The notes below the pieces were generated by a model, which searched no databases, was not told where the DNA came from, and saw only the letters and a list, made by a program, of their open reading frames with translations. Of a stretch of 36,245 nucleotides of DNA, positions 30,715 through 36,245 are shown one piece after another. The position numbers and the translations under genes were made by a program. Source of the DNA: a virus; the IMG/VR virus record IMGVR_UViG_3300045413_000158, positions 1 to 36,245 of that record, one strand, 5' to 3'. The stretch's first letter is position 1. Every line of letters begins with the position of its first letter.

Positions 30715-31500
30715 ATGCCGGAAGGCGCAGAAGTTCTCGATCAGAACGCAAATGATCCCATTGAAGGAGCACAGCCAGTCATTGAGACTCCGGTTGCTGA
30801 ACCTCCAAAAGAAGAGTCAAAGCAAGAAAAGGTTGATCGTCCTACATGGTCAATGCCCGTTGCAAAGGCTCAAGAAGAAAAGCGCAAGGCGGTCGAAAAG
30901 GCACGTCTTGAGGCTATCGAAGAAAAAGACCGTGAGATTGAGCGCATGCGTGAGGAGTACGAAAAGCGATTGTCTGCAGTCAAGCCTATTGAAAGCGACA
31001 TTGAGCGAATCGCCTCAGAACATGGGCTTGAATCAAAAGCGGTGAATGATCTCTATGAAGTATTTGAAAAACGTGTCGCTGGGAAAATCCCCGACATGAG
31101 CAAATACGATGAGATTGTGAAACAAAAAGAACTCGAAAATCATCGGCTCGCTGTTGAGCGCGAATTTGACGAGAAGGTGGCTCCTTTACTTCTGAAAGAT
31201 TTTCCAGCAGCGACTCCACAACATCTCATTGATGCTCGAAAGAAACTCACTGACCTTGCCTTTACTGATGGGTTTAATACCTATCGCATCGAGGACATCT
31301 ATAAGGTCAATCGTGAAGAATTTGAGTATAAAAATGGGTACTCTGCGGAATCGTCAGGCGGTCGTTCTTCTGAACTCGTTGATTTCGATACGATGACGGA
31401 TGAAGAAGAACATGAACTCGCACAAAAGAATCCTGAAAAATATAAGGAATTCTTAAAATGGCAGGTCTCAACGAAGGGGAGTCTCTATCAAAATATTTAG
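30715..31500 (+). CDS. Scaffolding protein (putative)
   Basis: 261 aa from the first ATG (the track start at 30694 is a GTG). It is highly charged, Glu/Lys-rich and helical, and lies directly upstream of the capsid gene. Confidence 0.55.
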   Translation: MPEGAEVLDQNANDPIEGAQPVIETPVAEPPKEESKQEKVDRPTWSMPVAKAQEEKRKAVEKARLEAIEEKDREIERMREEYEKRLSAVKPIESDIERIASEHGLESKAVNDLYEVFEKRVAGKIPDMSKYDEIVKQKELENHRLAVEREFDEKVAPLLLKDFPAATPQHLIDARKKLTDLAFTDGFNTYRIEDIYKVNREEFEYKNGYSAESSGGRSSELVDFDTMTDEEEHELAQKNPEKYKEFLKWQVSTKGSLYQNI

Positions 31501-31519
31501 ACTCTAATTTCCTATTTTT

Positions 31520-32764
31520 ATGGCAAATACTGTAGTATTCGAGACAAAGTTCTCGGATCGAATGCAGGTGGTTCGTTACTCGACCGGTGTCTATTCACAA
31601 CAGGCATCGTTTGAGGAACGTGCAAAACTTGTTTCAGGTCAAGTTGTTACTCGCCCATTTATCGGACGCTTCTTTGAACAGACGTATACACGAGGAAGTG
31701 ATCTCACCATTCCAAATGTAACGGAAACGGGAGAAAACCTTACAGTGAACACAGCGAAGGCAACACCGTTCTCGGTAGATGATCTCGACGCACTTCAAAG
31801 TAATTACAACTCGATGGATGAATATTCAAAAGGTTCAATGGCAGCTTTGAACAAAGCAATCGATGCAGATTATCTTGCCGAAGTTGCGAATGCAACATCG
31901 TCTGTTGACGCGGGTGATGTTGGTGGAACGTCCGGTCAAGGTATTACGCTTGATTCGACAAACATCCTTCAAATCTTTGCGGCAGCACGTCGGAAACTCA
32001 TGCTCCAAAATGTTGACATCGTTGGAATGAGTGATAAGCGTGCAGCAATCGGAAACATGAAACCAATGGGTGCAGCAGCGTTTGCTGACATGAACCCATA
32101 CGTTTCTGAGCAGCTTTTCTACTCGATGGCAGGTCGTGAAACACCAGGTGGTGATCAAAGTGGAAAAAATGGATATCTTTCAAGTCACTTTGGATTCGAT
32201 ATTTACGAAACAACGAACGGATACTGGACGGGTACGCTTGCACTTGCAACACAGCCAACTGATGGTGACACAGTAACGATTAACGGTGTTGTCTTTACCT
32301 TTAAGACGACTCTTGGATCGACCGCTGGGAACGTCCTCATTGGTGCATCTGCTGCAACGGCAAACACGAACCTTGCAGCGTTGATCAACACTCCAGGTAC
32401 GACGACGGCACAGGGTGTTGCTCTCTCAACGGATAACCAGAACCTTTTGAAGCGTGTCACTGCAACGGCAGCATCAACATCAACCGCAATCGTTGCGAAG
32501 GGCTACGGATATCTTGTGGTTTCTGAAACGCTTACTGCAGCAGCAGACGTTTGGACGACGACTGCACAGATTTCTCACAATCTTTTCGGACAGAAGGGAT
32601 CAATCGATATGGTTCTTGCGAAGGAACCTTCTGTGAAGGTTGACTCTATCCCTCTGCAGCTTGGTGTCTACGTGAAGCCACATACCTTGTATGGTGTAAA
32701 AACATTCACCGAAGGCGCAAAAGGTCTTGTTAACGTGAAGGTCAAGTCTTCCTCTTGGGTCTAA
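31520..32764 (+). CDS. Major capsid protein (putative HK97-fold with an internal insertion)
   Basis: 414 aa. It follows the scaffold gene and is followed by a strong terminator. The call rests on position and size only. Confidence 0.7.
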   Translation: MANTVVFETKFSDRMQVVRYSTGVYSQQASFEERAKLVSGQVVTRPFIGRFFEQTYTRGSDLTIPNVTETGENLTVNTAKATPFSVDDLDALQSNYNSMDEYSKGSMAALNKAIDADYLAEVANATSSVDAGDVGGTSGQGITLDSTNILQIFAAARRKLMLQNVDIVGMSDKRAAIGNMKPMGAAAFADMNPYVSEQLFYSMAGRETPGGDQSGKNGYLSSHFGFDIYETTNGYWTGTLALATQPTDGDTVTINGVVFTFKTTLGSTAGNVLIGASAATANTNLAALINTPGTTTAQGVALSTDNQNLLKRVTATAASTSTAIVAKGYGYLVVSETLTAAADVWTTTAQISHNLFGQKGSIDMVLAKEPSVKVDSIPLQLGVYVKPHTLYGVKTFTEGAKGLVNVKVKSSSWV

Positions 32765-32771
32765 AAGAAAC

Positions 32772-32796
32772 GGGGGTAGCAATACCCCCTTTCTTC
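32772..32796 (+). terminator. Intrinsic terminator after the capsid gene
   Basis: GGGGGTA-GCAA-TACCCCC (GNRA loop) followed by TTTCTTC. Confidence 0.75.
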
Positions 32797-32817
32797 TAAA
32801 TCTAACGCAAAGAATGT

Positions 32818-33429
32818 ATGTCGAAAATTTTTACACGAGCAGTTGAGCTTTCTCCTGGCGCAACACTCACACGAAATGGTGTTACTTTGATTGATTCGAA
32901 TGGTAACTTCAATGTTCCAACAACGATCACATTATCGACGGGGGATGCTCTTGTTGATGACAACTCGAATGAGCTTTTGAAGTTCAGTTCTACTGCAAGT
33001 GCCGTAAATGAACTTACAATCACAAACTCGGCAACGGGTAACGCTCCTGAGCTTTCAGTGACTGGCGGTGATACAAACGTCAGTATGAAGCTCTCTCCGA
33101 AAGGAACGGGTATTGTGCAGTTTGGTGGTGTTGCATCAACAGCAAGTGCAGTCGCTGGTGCGGCAACCGCAAACGCACAGGTTTCTGTGATTACGAGTGA
33201 AGCACTTACGACGGCAGCTGATGGAACGTATACACTTACGTTGACGAATAACAAAGTTTTAACTTCTAGTGCATGTTTTGTTAAAATGGGATGGGGAACC
33301 AACTCACAGGGGCGTCCTGTTGTTGAAAATGTGACCCCAGGTTCTGGATCACTTGTTATTGTGGTACGTAATTACGCAGCAGCAACAGCATTGAATGGAA
33401 CACTTAAATTTCATGTTCTTGTTCTCTAG
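32818..33429 (+). CDS. Virion structural protein (capsid decoration/fibre-like)
   Basis: 203 aa. NELTITNSATGNAPELSVTGGDTNVSMKLSPKGTGIVQFGG is a motif I associate with phage fibre/decoration proteins. The antisense 166-aa ORF was rejected. Confidence 0.55.
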   Translation: MSKIFTRAVELSPGATLTRNGVTLIDSNGNFNVPTTITLSTGDALVDDNSNELLKFSSTASAVNELTITNSATGNAPELSVTGGDTNVSMKLSPKGTGIVQFGGVASTASAVAGAATANAQVSVITSEALTTAADGTYTLTLTNNKVLTSSACFVKMGWGTNSQGRPVVENVTPGSGSLVIVVRNYAAATALNGTLKFHVLVL

Positions 33430-33477
33430 TTCTTTTCCTCAGCTCCTTCTTGGGGGCTGGGATAAGAGAAGTAGCTT

Positions 33478-34113
33478 ATGACTGGAGCAACGATTATCAC
33501 CAAGTTCAACAACATGATTGATGATGTTCTTGATAGTGATTTTGCGTATCAACTACTCAATGATGCAAAGAATGAGGTTGAAGCAATGCGTCTTTGGGAA
33601 CAATTAAAAAAGGAAACAACATATACCGTTTCATCCGGATATTCGTATACATCGGCACTCACAGCTCTTCCGACACGGTTTGCTAACGATATTCTGTTAA
33701 CAGAAGCAACAAATTTTTCTCCCTATAATAAATATAGCTTTGAGGATCTCTACGCAAAGAAAAATGCACCCTACGGATATTTTATTGATCTTGCATCGGG
33801 GAATCTTCATTTGACGGGTGAGAATCATGTCGCAACGACAGTATATTTTTATTATACGCAGTATTCTGCCGACTTAAGTTCATCCTCATCGTGGGCTTTT
33901 CCTGAGCGATTTCACTTCATTCTGCCATTAAAGATGGCTGAGCTTTATTACGCCGTAAATGCTGGTGAAAAAGGGCGTTCATGGGATGATCGTTGGAGTA
34001 ATCAGTATGAAAGGATCTTGAATGACATGTTTGCATGGGATGATAACTTGAAGACACGCAACCGTCGTCCACGGAATCATTCAGGTGGTACAAATCCAAA
34101 GGCCGTATACTAA
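33478..34113 (+). CDS. Head-tail adaptor / tail tubular protein A-like
   Basis: 211 aa. Position and size match the gp11 slot of the T7-type gene order. No motif-level support. Confidence 0.45.
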   Translation: MTGATIITKFNNMIDDVLDSDFAYQLLNDAKNEVEAMRLWEQLKKETTYTVSSGYSYTSALTALPTRFANDILLTEATNFSPYNKYSFEDLYAKKNAPYGYFIDLASGNLHLTGENHVATTVYFYYTQYSADLSSSSSWAFPERFHFILPLKMAELYYAVNAGEKGRSWDDRWSNQYERILNDMFAWDDNLKTRNRRPRNHSGGTNPKAVY

Positions 34114-34116
34114 TTT

Positions 34117-35979
34117 ATGCGGATTTTTTCAGTGAAAAACTTCGATAAAGGACTTGTCGATGCAATCGAGGATTACTCGATTCCTGAAGCCGCAGCCTCT
34201 TCTTCGCTGAACTGGCTCACTCTTGGTGATAAAATCGAACTTTCGGGTGGGTATACGATTATTGGAACCGAAAATAGTGGTTCTGGAAAGATCACAGGGC
34301 TAAAAATTGGTGAAAAGGTAGATGGGACACTTTTTCCCGTTCGTACTCGGGGGAAGAAGATTGAATATTATTCGACAGCATCAAGTGACTGGGTAGAAAT
34401 TGGGACGGATCAGCTTGGAACACTTGCAGATGGTGAAGATGTTGCGATTGATAGCTATGTCTCTTCTGCGGGGTATCAAATGTGGATCTCTTCGCCAAAT
34501 TCATCTCTTTACAAGCTGATGATGGCGAATCCATCGAGTATTAAAGACATGTACGATAGCTCAAAGAACTACAAGGGCTATCTCACTATTTCAAATGCCC
34601 GTAGTTTGATGTGGAATAGGAAGAACAATAGGAATTACATTTATGGTTCCTATAAGGATCTCCAGAACTCCACAACATATACTGACGTTACTTCTGAGGC
34701 CGTCGGAGCATCGGGTGGTACGACATATACCGGAACTCTTGCAACAATTTCTGGAAAAAGGACGTGTTTTAACGTTGTTTTTACTGATGGTACGACAACA
34801 ATCAGTGATGATAAGAATGGTGGTTACTATAACAATGCAACCGGTGCGGTCATTACGGGTACGATAAATTATGCGACAGGTGCGTATTCAGTCACATTTC
34901 CTTCTCCTACGGTTGGTTCAGTTACAGTGAACTACTCTCGAGAAGACTCGACAGTTCAAGGGATTGCTGATTTTACATTTTCAGCAACCCGTACTGCATC
35001 TCAAGGGTTTTATCTTCCTCAGAATACTGGTGGGGATATCAAAAATATTCTTGGATATAACGATAGCTCTTATTGTATTCATGAGAAGAATTGTTGGCTT
35101 CTCAATATTGATGTTACGGATTTGGTTGTAACGAATAGAGAATATCGAATCAATGTTGGCATGGAGAATTGGAAGGCGGCAGTGCCAACAGGGGATGGAA
35201 TTTATTATATTGATTCCTCAAATCCAATTAAACCAACGTTTAATCTTCTTACTCTTGATAGCAGCAATTCCGAAGTCATCCCGACACCTATTTCGTACAA
35301 TATCGATCTAACCGGGTATGATTTCTCCGGTGGTGTTGGATTTTTTTGGAATAATTACATTCTTTTTACGGGCAAAACGACAGGAGCAACAAATAATAAT
35401 CGTGTTTTTGCATATAACAAGATTTGGAAATCGTTTGATGTACTTGATTACTACACGACATGTTTTGCTGATTATTCTGGTGCATTGTGGGCTGGAGATA
35501 GTGCATCAAATAATGTACAGAAACTTTTCTCAACAACGAGTGCAAACGGTGCATTGATCAATAACTATTGGGAAGGGAAACTCACACGACTTGAAGTCGA
35601 AGAGCTCAAAAAAACAAAACGCATGACGTTCAGAGGCGAGATCGGAGCAGCACAAAACACTAAAATTTCTTTGGCCTATGACAATGGTGCTTTTTCTGAG
35701 CTCGGTCGCATTCTTGGTACTGGTGATTATGTCGATACAGCCTCCTCGCACACGGTAGGAAGCTCCACAATTGGTTCTGATGAGATTGGTGGTGGTGGAT
35801 CGGGTGTTGAGGCATTTAACTATGTCCGTGAGTTCCGTGTTCGTTCCTCAAAGTTCGACCAGGTAAAAGTACGTATTGAAGCAACAGCAGCAGGATACAT
35901 GTCTGTTTCTCAGATTGACTTTTACGACATTCAGACGTTCGGACAGAAAAACGTGCTTCGGTATCGTCAAACTTCTTAA
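34117..35979 (+). CDS. Tail tubular protein B-like (nozzle)
   Basis: 620 aa. It lies between the adaptor-like gene and the tail-fibre gene. Positional inference only. Confidence 0.45.
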   Translation: MRIFSVKNFDKGLVDAIEDYSIPEAAASSSLNWLTLGDKIELSGGYTIIGTENSGSGKITGLKIGEKVDGTLFPVRTRGKKIEYYSTASSDWVEIGTDQLGTLADGEDVAIDSYVSSAGYQMWISSPNSSLYKLMMANPSSIKDMYDSSKNYKGYLTISNARSLMWNRKNNRNYIYGSYKDLQNSTTYTDVTSEAVGASGGTTYTGTLATISGKRTCFNVVFTDGTTTISDDKNGGYYNNATGAVITGTINYATGAYSVTFPSPTVGSVTVNYSREDSTVQGIADFTFSATRTASQGFYLPQNTGGDIKNILGYNDSSYCIHEKNCWLLNIDVTDLVVTNREYRINVGMENWKAAVPTGDGIYYIDSSNPIKPTFNLLTLDSSNSEVIPTPISYNIDLTGYDFSGGVGFFWNNYILFTGKTTGATNNNRVFAYNKIWKSFDVLDYYTTCFADYSGALWAGDSASNNVQKLFSTTSANGALINNYWEGKLTRLEVEELKKTKRMTFRGEIGAAQNTKISLAYDNGAFSELGRILGTGDYVDTASSHTVGSSTIGSDEIGGGGSGVEAFNYVREFRVRSSKFDQVKVRIEATAAGYMSVSQIDFYDIQTFGQKNVLRYRQTS

Positions 35980-35982
35980 TCT

Positions 35983-36245
35983 ATGTCTACGATTACTCTC
36001 CCAAAAATTCTTGCAAATTTCACTACGACGCTCGCGGCGACGATGAGCGCATCGGCGACAACGTTCACGCTGGATCGATCTACTGATCCAGACGGTACAA
36101 CACTTTCTGGGCTGTATGAGCTCACTTTCGACGAAGGAACGAGTTCAGAAGAACACATGTACGCCACGATGAGCGGGGCATCGGGTACTGTGACTCGTCG
36201 TGGACTTTCAAAGGTAGACGCATGGACGGAAGTTGCTGGGAATAA
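35983..36245 (+). CDS. Tail fibre protein, N-terminal part (continues at base 128 after removing the overlap)
   Basis: The ATG at 35983 gives MSTITLPKILANFTTTLAATMSASATTFTLDRSTDPDGTTLSGLYELTFDEGTSSEEHMYATMSG.... It is open to the window end and in frame with ORF 39..1631. Confidence 0.75.
   Translation, partial: MSTITLPKILANFTTTLAATMSASATTFTLDRSTDPDGTTLSGLYELTFDEGTSSEEHMYATMSGASGTVTRRGLSKVDAWTEVAGN
36119..36245. repeat. Terminal overlap copy B (identical to 1-127)
   Basis: Same exact 127-nt string as at the window start. The overlap lies inside an open reading frame, so it is not an intergenic physical end. Confidence 0.95.

Noticed and set aside
32802-33302. A - strand ORF of 166 aa opposite 32818..33429.
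   Set aside because: The + strand frame fits the operon, starts just after the capsid terminator and carries a recognisable fibre/decoration-type motif. The antisense frame has none of these.
1-36245. Stop-codon reassignment or an alternative genetic code.
   Set aside because: All large genes are continuous under the standard bacterial code, and gene packing is dense. The only big gaps (6215-6540, 19451-20117, 20601-20834, 30505-30714) contain TAA, TAG and TGA in every frame.
1-36245. tRNA genes, CRISPR arrays, an integrase/repressor lysogeny module, or phage-encoded RNA/DNA polymerases.
   Set aside because: I found no cloverleaf-compatible sequence with a GGTTCGAAT-type T-loop and no regularly spaced 25-40-bp repeats. 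I saw no tyrosine/serine recombinase, CI-like or polymerase motifs in any ORF. This was checked by eye only, so a tRNAscan or HMM run would be needed for certainty.

Overview
The window is a complete double-stranded DNA phage genome of about 36.1 kb, assembled as a circle. Bases 1-127 are identical to 36119-36245, so the unit length is 36,118 bp, and the tail-fibre gene runs through that junction. The virion gene order is podovirus/T7-like (portal, scaffold, capsid, two tail-tube-like genes, fibre, large internal proteins). I recognised no RNA polymerase, DNA polymerase, integrase, tRNA or CRISPR array. There are three transcription blocks. (1) A + strand late block runs 24732 to 36245, then 1 to 13222. 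It holds a ParB-methyltransferase, small and large terminase, portal, scaffold, major capsid, fibre/decoration protein, tail-tube A/B-like proteins and the tail fibre. It continues with a cell-wall-hydrolase internal protein, a second internal protein, a repeat-containing fibre-like protein, three tandem paralogues and a lysis cassette with an amidase endolysin. (2) A - strand early block runs 19450 down to 13302. It holds an ERF recombinase, two HNH-type nucleases, an Ea22-like protein and many micro-proteins, several shorter than the 60-aa cut-off of the ORF track. (3) A + strand middle block at 20835-24657 holds a replication organiser with an internal iteron array, an Ea22-like protein, a VRR-NUC nuclease and small ORFs. 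Blocks 2 and 3 diverge from a 1.4-kb control region (19451-20834), which is the most unusual part of the window. It contains a ~670-nt ORF-free, GC-rich, hairpin-dense segment whose G:U pairs and GNRA loops only work on the - strand. Next comes an AT-rich free-standing HNH gene. After that is a + strand leader ending in a long terminator-like hairpin 28 nt before the replication gene. Most start codons lack a Shine-Dalgarno sequence, and genes are chained by TAATATG or ATGA stop-start junctions. All functional calls come from motif recognition by eye; no searches were run.
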